From: an uncultured Chloroflexia bacterium | GTDB lineage: Bacteria > Chloroflexota > UBA6077 > JACCZL01 | DNA: 64,000 nt | Direction of reading: 5' to 3' | Assembly: GCA_963765765.1 (NCBI GenBank) | Contig: CAVXYC010000023.1 | Span: 192,001 to 256,000 of the forward strand | Shown: positions 50,464-60,391 of the stretch, in pieces | Layout: the number at the start of each line of letters is the position of its first letter | Numbering within the stretch: the stretch's first letter is position 1 | Program-made: the position numbers and the translations under genes | Notes under the pieces: generated by a model | The model's database searches: none | What the model saw: only the letters and a program-made list of their open reading frames with translations | What the model was told of the DNA's origin: nothing

Positions 50464-51756
50464 AAGTTAGTCGCCGACTTGTAAGGGAGTTACGGAAGTC
50501 GTTCGGCGAGCAGGACTTCGTCACGTTCGTCGTTTGTACTTGGATCGAAGGCGCCGAGCGATTCGCGGCGTCTGACTGCTCTCCGAATGAATCGGTCTTG
50601 GCGCTGAGAATCATCACTGTCGGCCATGTCCTGCCTCGTGGAGCCGATGTCTCGTTGGGAGGTGACAACGTGTGTATCAGATCAGAGATCTCGGGTCGGT
50701 CGTTCTGATGGTTATAGGACTTAACCTTCCCGACACAAGCGACCCCCTTTCAGATGCGCACTGGGCGCGGTTTCGGCAGCTTCGCATCGGACAATTCACA
50801 GTCTCGAGTCAGGCGCATTCGGAGACGCTGGAGCGGCTGTCGGATGATTTCCCGCACGCGTGGATCCACGTAAGACCGTCGATAGCGTCGCAGGCCCAAA
50901 CTGCACCGGCCCATGCGCTCGACTGTCGATCGGGCGGTCGGTCCAGATCGTTAGGTGAGTGCCTGGAGTCGCTGCGCCGAGGCTTTCCCCGGAGCGCCTG
51001 TTTTGGGTGGGAGGAACGCCGCTCACCAATGAGCCTGGGAACGCTGGGTCGGCGGGAGGCCTTGGGCCGAGGTTAGATCTAGATGCGATCCAGAGCTATG
51101 CGGTCTGGTGGGGTGAAGCCGTAGAGGAGATCTTGCAGCAATTCCCCAGGGTTCAGGTTGCCGTAGGGCCGCTTGGACAAGGTGCGCCTGAACTGCAATG
51201 GTGCTGTTTTCGGGCACTCAAGCGCCTCGGTTGTTATGACCAGGCGACCTACCTTGCAGACCACAACGCGTTCTTTAATCGCCCGTACGGCGATCGGGAA
51301 TGGGGTGGTCGCGGAGTCGCGTTGCGCGAGCTTCTCCCTGAGCTTGGGTTGGTGCATAACCTGCAAGCCCACGATGCGGGGCATTTTGCCGCTGTTAAAG
51401 CGCCTCAACGCGCGGATGTCTACTCAGGGTATCTCGATTGGTGTAGGCGCAGCGGCAGTTATGCGTGCGTATCGCTTTCCTTCCCCAGCGCTCAGGACGA
51501 CGCAAGTCCGCAGACACAATGGCACACACTGCCGCTAATTCTCAGTACCTCTGTAGACGCGGATGACGCCCAAGAAACGTTCGAGGTGAACAACCGTGGT
51601 CCATCAAATGATGAACCAGAACCCCGCTCTCTCCGATATCGAAGGCAAAAGAACGACGTTGTCGTGATTCGGGCCGCTCTCCAAGAAAACGGCAGAAGTC
51701 AGAAATCACCGCGGCTTGCCATCTTCGATTTGCCGAAACTCTCTTCGCTGACCTGA
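50460..51756 (+). CDS. Hypothetical protein with glycoside-hydrolase-like TIM-barrel features, frameshifted
   Basis: GTGA overlap with the sigma gene; three consecutive ORFs; TNEP motif reminiscent of a clan GH-A acid/base. Confidence 0.45.
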
Positions 51757-51801
51757 ACCAACCCTCAACGGCCATCATCATTTCACTGTTCGGAGTTGCT
51801 C

Positions 51802-52101
51802 ATGACAGAAACATTCCAGCTTAGTCACTCAATCGATCGCGCGATCCTTTTCCCCTTCACGCGAGACGACCTATCCGTAGCTGGATTTCCTGTGGAGGAG
51901 GATGCAGAGCTCGACTCGTCCTTCGCCCGGCAAGAGCCAATTGATGCAGTTATGGAGCCCGATCCACTGGCGCTTGATTGGTCAGCAATCGTCGGCGGTG
52001 ACGCACGAGGCTCTGCGATTCTCAGGTCAGTGGCAGACTTGGCGACGAGCTTTGCTGATTGGCTCTCTTCAGCCGGCTCTCCGGATGGATGGTCTCCGTG
52101 A
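51802..52101 (+). CDS. Small acidic hypothetical protein
   Basis: GGAG RBS, about 99 aa, follows the ECF gene pair. Confidence 0.45.
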   Translation: MTETFQLSHSIDRAILFPFTRDDLSVAGFPVEEDAELDSSFARQEPIDAVMEPDPLALDWSAIVGGDARGSAILRSVADLATSFADWLSSAGSPDGWSP

Positions 52102-52298
52102 CGTACCGAGGGGGCTTCTTCTCGGCCGCTAGGCTGTGGACGTGCCCGGTGTGCGTCGGCCTCGGGGAATTAGAAGGTTGATTTGTCGCGCGCAGACTCT
52201 CCGGTTAGCTCCGGCATCGCCGTGTAGCAGCCGATCAAGGATGAAATCATCGGCTACGGTGGCATCGTCTGGGCGTGCTAGTCGGGACTAGATCCCCG

Positions 52299-52335
52299 TG
52301 CCAGCCCCCTCGCCCTTTGGGGGAGGGGGCTGGCA
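52299..52335. terminator. Strong GC hairpin (terminator or REP-like) between convergent genes
   Basis: 13-bp perfect stem tgccagccccctc/gagggggctggca, 2 nt from the SnoaL gene stop. Confidence 0.6.
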
Positions 52336-52337
52336 TG

Positions 52338-53135
52338 CTAAGGCTCGAGGCCGAGCGAGGCCTTCCCATCTGTGGGCGAAAACGGCACGGAGTTATGCTC
52401 GTGGACGACCATCCACTTGCCATCGAATCTACGGAAGCATGTTGTGGAGCGGATCCACATGTTGAGTGGGCCGCGTGCTGTGGTCCCGCTGAGGCGCGTC
52501 AAGCAGTACGCAAACCCGATATCGCCGCCAGCCGCCACCTGCAGATCGCGAACCTCGTATCCGATTGGACCGTCGAACGTGGAGAACCATTCCTGCGCGC
52601 GCTTTTTTGTTTCGATGGACCCCGTGTACTGCAGCGGATTCACCACGTCAAACGCCAGGTTCTCAGGCGCAACCTGCTCGTAAAGGTCATCGACGTTTCT
52701 GGATCGCAGCGCATCCCCCCGCCGCTCGATGAGTTTTTGAATGGCGGCCAGGTCGTCGGCGTTCCCTATGCTCTCAGTGGACCGGGTAGCGGCGAGGGCG
52801 CCGAAGAAGACCTCGACTTCCTTTATCTGACCAGCTTCGACCCTGAGGCGCTCTGAATTCCGAAACACATCACCGTGTTTCGGTTTGATCTCGTAAATGA
52901 TGACGACTCGGTCCCCGGATTCCATCACGTCGAGGATCTCGAAGCTGTCGATGGTATCGCCGAATGGCCAGCAGCGCTCGAAGTAGGTCGATCTGTTGAT
53001 GTGATCGTCGTAAGGGCTGGTGAAGGTGAAGTCGTCACTAAGGATTGACTCGACGGTTGCACGATCTCTACGAGCGAAGGCCTCATACGAGCGCCGCACG
53101 ATGTCAGCGGCGGATTGGGTCATCGACATCGTCAT
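52338..53135 (-). CDS. Tandem SnoaL/NTF2-like domain protein
   Basis: VRRSYEAF...DDFTFTSP...YFERCWP; second domain ending RSTTCFRRFDGKWMVVHEHNSVPF. Confidence 0.88.
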   Translation of the reverse strand: MTMSMTQSAADIVRRSYEAFARRDRATVESILSDDFTFTSPYDDHINRSTYFERCWPFGDTIDSFEILDVMESGDRVVIIYEIKPKHGDVFRNSERLRVEAGQIKEVEVFFGALAATRSTESIGNADDLAAIQKLIERRGDALRSRNVDDLYEQVAPENLAFDVVNPLQYTGSIETKKRAQEWFSTFDGPIGYEVRDLQVAAGGDIGFAYCLTRLSGTTARGPLNMWIRSTTCFRRFDGKWMVVHEHNSVPFSPTDGKASLGLEP

Positions 53136-53193
53136 TCCCTCTCTTGCTTCAGCGAATACAACGGATCGCTGGCAATTGCTGGGCCAACGGGTC

Positions 53194-54534
53194 TTACGGT
53201 TGCAGCGTGGCTTCAGAAATGATGAGTCCTTTGCCGCAGGCAGGATCGTCTGAGCTCTCCGGCCCGCCCTCGCTGCGTTGAAGAACATAGCGCCAGATCT
53301 GGCGCTTCGGCTCAATGTCTTCATCTGAGCCATTCGAGTGTCGGATTTTCCCACCCCATCGTTCTTCCACAATGGCGAGTAATCCAGATTTGAAGGCGTC
53401 AGGCTGAGCTTCGCTCATACTTTGAACTTGCACCTTCCGGGTCAATCGAGCATCCAGGACGTCGCCCAGGGCACGAAGATTCTGAAGCTGTTGCCGACGC
53501 GCGGAAAGTGCTGCGCCAGAGTAGGCGCATTCCAGATCGGAGATCGGGCGAGTGGCGTCTCTGCCTAGTCTGACCCATGTTTGGGCAGCGTGCGCCACGG
53601 ACTGAGCGACAAGCGGCTCCATCAGCTCGCGCGGACCGACGGCAGTTGCCGGCGATGCACATTCGTCAGGCCCGTTGCGTGGCGCGATACAGAGCTGTAT
53701 GCCTTGATCAGAGAACAACCAGTTGGTCGCCGAATCGGGGACTGTATAAATCGCGTAACTGCCAGGCGTCTGATCTCGATCCGTATCCCAGACGTACGTC
53801 GCGTTGCCGTGTTCGTCGCTGTTCACACTGACAAGTGGGCGATCGAATAGCGCAAATGCCCCAAGCGCGTTGCTCTCCACAAGTCGGAAAAGGAGCAATG
53901 CCACATCTTGATTCGCGGGAAAGCCCGTCATTCGAATATTGAGGCGAGCTCCGGCCCGGCCGGTTGGCAGGAGTTCAGTAGGCGCATCGGGCCCCTCGCG
54001 CCCCCAGCCCGCTGCTACCAGAGGTGCTCCGGTGCGTGCGGTTACTTTGGCCGGAAACTCCGCAACGTTCGTACCCTGACGCATCAGCAGCACGGCGTTG
54101 CCCAGAGACGCATCCAGCGGTATCCACCAGAAGACCACATCTGCTTCATCATGCACCGGTGTAAGCTCTCGGCCGTCTGCGAGTCGGAGAGAAAACGTTG
54201 GTCGCGGCTGACTGGCCCATCCTCGTGCCTCGAGCGCGGCATCGCGATTCACACGCATGATCTGGTTTTGCGAAACCTCGCATGGTGCCTCGTAGCCTGC
54301 GTCGCTGGTCACGCCGCAGCCCCGCCCGATGACCCCGCTCGCCCCGCCGCCGGCCCAGTTCAATAGCAGCGCTAAGTCGTCCAACACCTCGTCGGGGACG
54401 TCTTCTTCGTTACCGTCCTGGTCCATCGGCGCCGCGGCGGCGATTCCAGGCCTTCCGTCAAGCCATTGAGCCTGGAACGGCGCGAGACCAAGGAACACGA
54501 GAAGAATTATCAGGATCGGACGGATGGCGCACAT
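53194..54534 (-). CDS. Secreted hypothetical protein (Ig-like middle region, C-terminal NTF2-like domain)
   Basis: Signal ILIILLVFLGLAPFQA; MTGFPANQDVALLLF...PGSYAI; several Cys; starts about 20 nt after the upstream gene stop. Confidence 0.7.
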   Translation of the reverse strand: MCAIRPILIILLVFLGLAPFQAQWLDGRPGIAAAAPMDQDGNEEDVPDEVLDDLALLLNWAGGGASGVIGRGCGVTSDAGYEAPCEVSQNQIMRVNRDAALEARGWASQPRPTFSLRLADGRELTPVHDEADVVFWWIPLDASLGNAVLLMRQGTNVAEFPAKVTARTGAPLVAAGWGREGPDAPTELLPTGRAGARLNIRMTGFPANQDVALLLFRLVESNALGAFALFDRPLVSVNSDEHGNATYVWDTDRDQTPGSYAIYTVPDSATNWLFSDQGIQLCIAPRNGPDECASPATAVGPRELMEPLVAQSVAHAAQTWVRLGRDATRPISDLECAYSGAALSARRQQLQNLRALGDVLDARLTRKVQVQSMSEAQPDAFKSGLLAIVEERWGGKIRHSNGSDEDIEPKRQIWRYVLQRSEGGPESSDDPACGKGLIISEATLQP

Positions 54535-54553
54535 AATATCGTTCCAATCATGG

Positions 54554-57299
54554 CTATAAGCCCTGCTTCCCAAGGTCGAAGCCGGTCTGAAATTGCTGTT
54601 GGCAAGCACGCTCACTCGCGACCGGAGGTAGGTCTGCCCCGCTTCTCGCTACGGTCCCGATATGAGCGTGGACGCGTCCCAGATTTCGGCAGAACAGATA
54701 ACGTCGCTCTGCTTCCCCGCCCATTTCGCGGGCGGACTGGATGCTGCTGAGCTCAATGGCCGAAGTAAAGGCTCTGGCCGCGGCTTCGTAATCTTCATCA
54801 ATCAGCGTGATGGCGCCATTCATGGCGTGTGCCTCGATCGCCCAATCCTTCAAACGGCTGTCTCTTGGATCGGCCGGCGTAGGCGTCGACGACTCGCTGC
54901 AACTCACGGCGAGCATCGGCTGAGCTGTAGCCCTCCAGTCCCGCGCGGGACAAACAGTACGTGGCGCGACCAATCCCAAAGTGCACCTTCGGCTCGATAT
55001 TCGCGATCGGCGTCTGGTGCTTCGATGCTAGCGCTCGCCTATACAGGTCGATTGCCGATTTCAAGCCATCAATGTCGACGGCCGGCGAGTTTCTGGGACA
55101 GGAGCCGGCAGATTGAAGAAAGGTCACTTCCGCCAATCCGACGTAGGCGCGCGCAAACTCGCGATCGAGCTCCAGCGATTGCTCGTAATGTGCGCGAGCG
55201 CTTTCGAATAGTGCGCGCCTTTGACCGAGGCCGGCCGACGCGGCGGCCTGCTTACTATCGAGATCGCCCATCAGCAACAGCAGTGTCTCGAGGCCGTGCG
55301 TGCCTTGTGACGAGAGATTCTCGGCAGATAGGTCCAAGCCCGACGCATCTACTGAGTCCTTGAAGTTCGATGACGCCTCTTCGTAACTCCGAGTGGCGAA
55401 TGCGTTGACACCCAGAATGAACTGGACGAGCGATCGCGTGGATTGGGCGAGCCGTTGCTGAAGCTCTTGCTGATCGTTGACGCTAACAAAGAGGTTGGCG
55501 TCCGGCCGAAATCGAATATCGCCAAAGGCGTAGAAACCGGGGTCAATGGTATTCAGGCCCTGGCGACCTGAGACGAATATCTCCGGAAGAAATCGCTTCC
55601 CACCTTCAATGACCTTGCCTGAGACGATGAGATCCGCCTGAATGCTGGATGCCAGCTTCTCCGCTGCTTTCTCACGCTCGCTGGTGGTTGCTCCCGTGAT
55701 GCGTCCAGTCAACTCTGGCCCACGGATCTCCACCGCGCTCCCAGCCACCGAGGCCGCCGCCTGATCCAGGGGAGCGCGTCGTTCGTTCAGCTCAGCCGCA
55801 AATCGGCTGGCCAGCTCCGCGCCGCGATCCCACGGTTTCACTGCTTCACCATCACCAGCCTGGCCGAATTCCGCCACGGCGATGTTCATGCTGCCGCCCA
55901 TCACCGGAAGCGGTTCAGGAAAGAGGACTGGCCACAGTGAAGGCAGGCCAAGGGCGAGCATCGCCGCCAGGGTGACCGACGCCACCACCGTTCCGATCAC
56001 GGACGTTCGCTCATGCATCCAGGGCAGACACGTCTTCCAGGTAAGTGGAATGGGCGGTGGGGATGGGACGTCGAAGCGAATGGCCTCACCGGCGGCCAAA
56101 TAGCACGTGGGAATGCCCGTGAGCGGGTCCGGCGAAGTGCTCCCCCGTGACCGTCGTCTGACGGCGGCGGCAAGGGCGAGATCCACCGGTGCGCCATCCA
56201 GCACCGCCGAATAGAAGGTGCGAAAGGTCCGCGCGTCCTGCTCTTCAATGCCCTTCAGAGGCACGCCAATGACGGCGGCCAGGTCTTGCTCCAGCAGGGC
56301 CGGCCCGCTCCGAACCAGGGTTTCCGATGTGGATGAGCTCGGTGATGGGGCTGTGGAGAATGCCGCGACTTGCACACCGTATCGCTGCATCAGCGCCCCG
56401 AGCAGCGTAAGCGACCACGTATCGTCGCCCTCGGCAGTACCAAGTACGTGGATAACGTCCAGGGAGCACTCCGGGCCAGCCGCGTCGACGATCGCGTTCT
56501 CAAGGGCCTCAGTGTTCGACGGGGCGGAGCGCGTCAGTACAAGTCTCCGTGCGTGCTCCATATCCGCGACGGAACGCTCCATGGCGGCGGCATTGATCGC
56601 TATTTGATCCGCCCCCCGATGTTGACTCTGTACATCCACCACGAGCACGCGAAAGGGCGAGAGCGTCGCAATCGGTCCGACGTTTCGGGATTTGGCGCTG
56701 TCGTCGGTACTCCGAACGACCGTTCCGCGCTGAAGAAGCCACTGCGTAGACTCCTCATTCCAGAGCAGCTCCCAGGGAAGCTCATTGAGCGCCGCGTCAT
56801 GGAGATGAAGCCGCAAACGGATGAGGTTCGGTCGATCCTGACACAGTCTGTACAGCTTGAGCAGTGGTGGGGTGAACAGTGCGCGAAACAGGCGCTCCCC
56901 GTACGCGCGGGCATCGGCATTTAGCTCGCCGCGCCGCCGAGCCGCGCGGGCACCGATCAGCTCCAGCTCGGAGAAAGGAGAACGGAAGGTCGAGACCGTT
57001 GGGCGGCGCTCATCACCAATATTGCTGATGACAACGTATTCACCGGCCACTCTTTGCTCGAAACGGACATCGAGCTCCTGGACGCCGGCTTCGGATCCTA
57101 CGATGAGCGTACCGACGACATTGTTCTGGTCGCCTGTGACGATGATGGAGTCCACCACGTCACCGCTCACGGTCACGCTGCCGTCGCCCAGCGGTGGCTC
57201 ACTCAACGCCCTGGCGACGTCAGGATCGGCGACGAGCGGCTTAGGAGACGAAGGCATTCCCACCTGGGAATCGATGTCTTTGCGGTCGGGCTGGTTCAT
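54554..57299 (-). CDS. Amyloid-motif - inactive CHAT - TM - TPR receptor-like protein (frameshift near 54870)
   Basis: N-terminal GDGSVTVSGDVVDSIIVTGDQNNV; CHAT signatures YGERLFRALF, RLRLHL, LNELPWELL, PFRVLVV, FYSAVLDG; TM at about 55920-56003; MNIAVAEFG domain; TPRs continue in ORF 54554-54979. Confidence 0.82.
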
Positions 57300-57308
57300 T
57301 GAGCACCG

Positions 57309-57746
57309 TTACTCTGATAGGCGGTTACGGTCACCCGTGACGATGGTGCTCCCCTGGACGGACCCGCCTACCGCTACACTTCGCTCTCCACCGGCTGACA
57401 CGTTCACCGTTCCAGCATCGCCCTTTGCGCGCTCCAGCAGTCCCTGAAGGTCCCCGGCTAACTCAGTATCATCTGTCAGAAGCTTTCTAAGCTGTATTCG
57501 CAACGCGGCCTGATAGTCGGCGTCCTCGGGGTTGGCGGCGGCGTCTTTCACCGCCTCATCGGCCGCTGGAGCAGAGCTCACCTTGGGAAAGAGTCGAGCC
57601 CATAGAGCCTCGGCAAGAGAGCTTTTCTGCTTATCAACCTGGTCGGCAACGCCTTCTGCAATGGCCTGACCGGACTTGATGAGCTGGGGCAAAAACGGCG
57701 TCAGAATAGCCGCGAGCTGCGTCGCCAGCGGCGCTAGAGTATCCAT
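57309..57746 (-). CDS. Bell-like helical domain with C-terminal BASS-type amyloid motif
   Basis: 145 aa: LTPFLPQLIK...AEALWARL...AVKDAAANPEDADYQAALRIQLRKLL..D.ELA; C-terminal GERSVAVGGSVQGSTIVTGDRN; AAAGGG RBS. Confidence 0.85.
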   Translation of the reverse strand: MDTLAPLATQLAAILTPFLPQLIKSGQAIAEGVADQVDKQKSSLAEALWARLFPKVSSAPAADEAVKDAAANPEDADYQAALRIQLRKLLTDDTELAGDLQGLLERAKGDAGTVNVSAGGERSVAVGGSVQGSTIVTGDRNRLSE

Positions 57747-57907
57747 CGCATCCAACCCTTTCTCGTGCCAGTGAAGAGCGGGGGGTAACGCGACACGTTC
57801 CACCTCGTGGTGCGTTGCGCGCACAGTACCTGTGGCGGCGGGAGGTGTCAAGCACAGTTGGCCTAGTTGATTGTCGGAGCGGAGGAGCCGCCACGACCTT
57901 CCTCTCC

Positions 57908-58002
57908 TTGGACTGCGGCGGTCTTCGCCGCTTTCGATTAGCGCAAAGCGTGTCCGCATTCGGCTTCCAGCCGGCGAGAAAGCGGCGACCGCCGCAGTCC
58001 AA
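57908..58002. repeat. REPIN-like long inverted repeat
   Basis: ttggactgcggcggtc(ttc)gccgctttc ... gaaagcggcgaccgccgcagtccaa; 25-bp arms with a 3-nt bulge. Confidence 0.65.
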
Positions 58003-58012
58003 AGTCTGAGTT

Positions 58013-59274
58013 TCAGGCGCGTTGAACTCCGCCCCTGGGCAAGTAGAAACGGGCTCCCAGCGCCAGAAGAATGAGAGCACCAGCCATGAGCGCCGTGGTG
58101 ATCGGTGCTCCGATCATTGCCGTGCCAGCCCCTGCCATCAGCGTGCCGAGTGGCACTGCCGCTCGATCCAGGAACAATGTACTCAACACTCGACCACGGA
58201 ATTCCTCATCCACGGTCTCCTGAATCAATGTGTTATTCAGGGCGTTGTAGAGCTGCCGAAAGGTACCCACGACGACGATTGCAATAGCCGAGAGCCAGAC
58301 CCAGGGCGAGAGCGCAAATATCGCCAGCGTAACCCCGAACCCCACTAGCCCAATGAACATCAGCCGACGGCGCCCACGTTGTATGCCGAGCGAAGCAACG
58401 ACGAGTGCTCCCACCACAGCTCCAAGTCCATTGCAGGCAGTAAGAAAACCAAGACCCTGGCTGCCGATCTGCAGCACGTCCTTGGCGAAAATGGTCAGCA
58501 TGCTCGAGTACGGCATGCCAAAGACCATCGGGATCAAGGCGAGTAGTACCAACCCGCGAATGTTGGGACGACTCCAGATGTAGTGACACCCCCGGTGAGG
58601 TCCTCGAGGACACCTCGGTGCTTCCTTCGCGTCTGCGGAGGAAACTGCATCATTGTCAGACCACAGAGTACCGCCACAAAACTCAGCGCATTGACATAGA
58701 AAGCTCCTGCCACGCCGATGTAGGCGATCAAGATGCCGCCGATTGCTGGCCCCACGATCCGGGTGGAATTATTTGTGGCCGCGTGGAGCGCTACCGCGTT
58801 CATGAGGTCCTCACGCGGAACGAGGTCTGAAATCAGTGACTGACGGGCAGGCTGATTAAACGACATCATCATGCCGCGCCCGAAGGCCACTATCAGGACC
58901 ATCCAGAACTGAACGATCCCAGTTGACACGACAATGGCCAGGAGCAGGGCCAGCAGCATTGCCACGGTCTGGGTAGTGATGAGAAGACGCCGTCGTGGCC
59001 AGCGGTCGGCCACGACTCCGCCGACTAATGTGAACAAGAGGACTGGGATCATTCGAATGGCGTTCATGACACCCAGGGCAAGGGCGGATCCGGTGATGTC
59101 GTACACCAGCCAGTTCAACGCAATCTGGTCCATCCAGTCGCCTGAAGACGACGCCATGGTGCCAAACCAGTGAAGCCGATAGTTCCGGTGTTGGAGGGAG
59201 GCGAACGTCTTGCGTACGCCGCGCACCCGCTCATTCTGGTCCTTGATTTGAGCGGGCGGCTCTCCTGTGATCAA
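58013..59274 (-). CDS. MFS transporter (DHA3/MFS_3-like), frameshifted near 58560-58590
   Basis: FASLQHRNYRLHW, GGVVADRWPRRR, PARQSLISDLV, RIVGPAIGG; EEFRGRVLS. Confidence 0.88.
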
Positions 59275-59450
59275 TGGCTAACTCCTCAACGAATCCGATT
59301 ATCTACCGCGCGTGCATTTGAGGGATAGGGCGAAGGTCCGAGTACGTACAGCGGCGTCCTGGTTATTTCGCCCTACGATCTTCCACGGGATAACTCGACC
59401 GTTCAGCTCGGAATCACTACCATGACAAGATCCGCGACGGGAGATATCGC

Positions 59451-60302
59451 ATGACCACCATATCGGCGCCGACGAGTCGAATGCTGACAGTGAATGGGTT
59501 AGAGCTTCATCACCTGGACTGGGGCAATGCCGATGCTCCGGCCCTTGTATGTGTCCATGGCCTACGCGGTAACGCTCATGCGTTTGATGGATTTGCCCGG
59601 CGATTCGCCGATCGCTACCACGTGATCTCTCTGGATGTACGCGGACGCGGTGACAGCGCCTGGTCACCTGACGGCAAGTACCAGATGAGCGACTATGCCT
59701 CTGACCTTGCCCGGCGTCGTCGATCAGCTTGGGCTCCAAACGTTCAGCTACATTGGCACGTCGATGGGCGGACGTATTGGTATGACATACGCGGCGACCA
59801 AGGAGATCGCCTCACCCGATTCATCCTCAACGACATCGGTCCTGACGGAGAGGCCGGATCCGATCGAATCACTCGGGAAGCGGGCAAAGCGCCCGATTCC
59901 TTCGAGAGTTACGAGGAAGCCGTGGGCTACCTCAGAGACACGGCCGGCGCGGCCTCGCGGATGTCCGAGGAAGCGCTGCAGGAGCGCGCCAAGCATACCT
60001 TCAAGCAGCGCGATGACGGCCGATGGATCGCGAAGAACGATCCCGAATTCCTTCGGCAGCGCGCCGCCGCCGGCACGGCTCACGATCCCGCGGTGCTCTG
60101 GAAGGCTCTAGCTGAGCTACCCTGCCCGGCGCTTTTACTTCGCGGCACGGTCAGTGACGTTCTCTCAGAAGCTCAAGCGCAAAAGATCGTTCAAACATTG
60201 CGTAACGGCACGCTGGCGCACGTTCCAGACGTAGGCCACACACCGACGCTCGATGAGCCCGAGTCCGTGGAAGCGCTGGAGAAGTTCTTGGGGAACCCGT
60301 AG
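59451..60302 (+). CDS. Alpha/beta hydrolase with two compensating frameshifts (about 59710-59795)
   Basis: CVHG, LDVRGRGDS; nucleophile GTSMGG only in the overlapping 59695 frame; LLLRGTVSD, GH. Confidence 0.85.
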   Translation: MTTISAPTSRMLTVNGLELHHLDWGNADAPALVCVHGLRGNAHAFDGFARRFADRYHVISLDVRGRGDSAWSPDGKYQMSDYASDLARRRRSAWAPNVQLHWHVDGRTYWYDIRGDQGDRLTRFILNDIGPDGEAGSDRITREAGKAPDSFESYEEAVGYLRDTAGAASRMSEEALQERAKHTFKQRDDGRWIAKNDPEFLRQRAAAGTAHDPAVLWKALAELPCPALLLRGTVSDVLSEAQAQKIVQTLRNGTLAHVPDVGHTPTLDEPESVEALEKFLGNP

Positions 60303-60391
60303 TACCCTGGGACCCATTCTTGCCCTCCGACGAGTGGCACAACTAGGATGGACGCAGGATGCCCGTCACGTCTGGTTCGTGGAGGTCGTAG

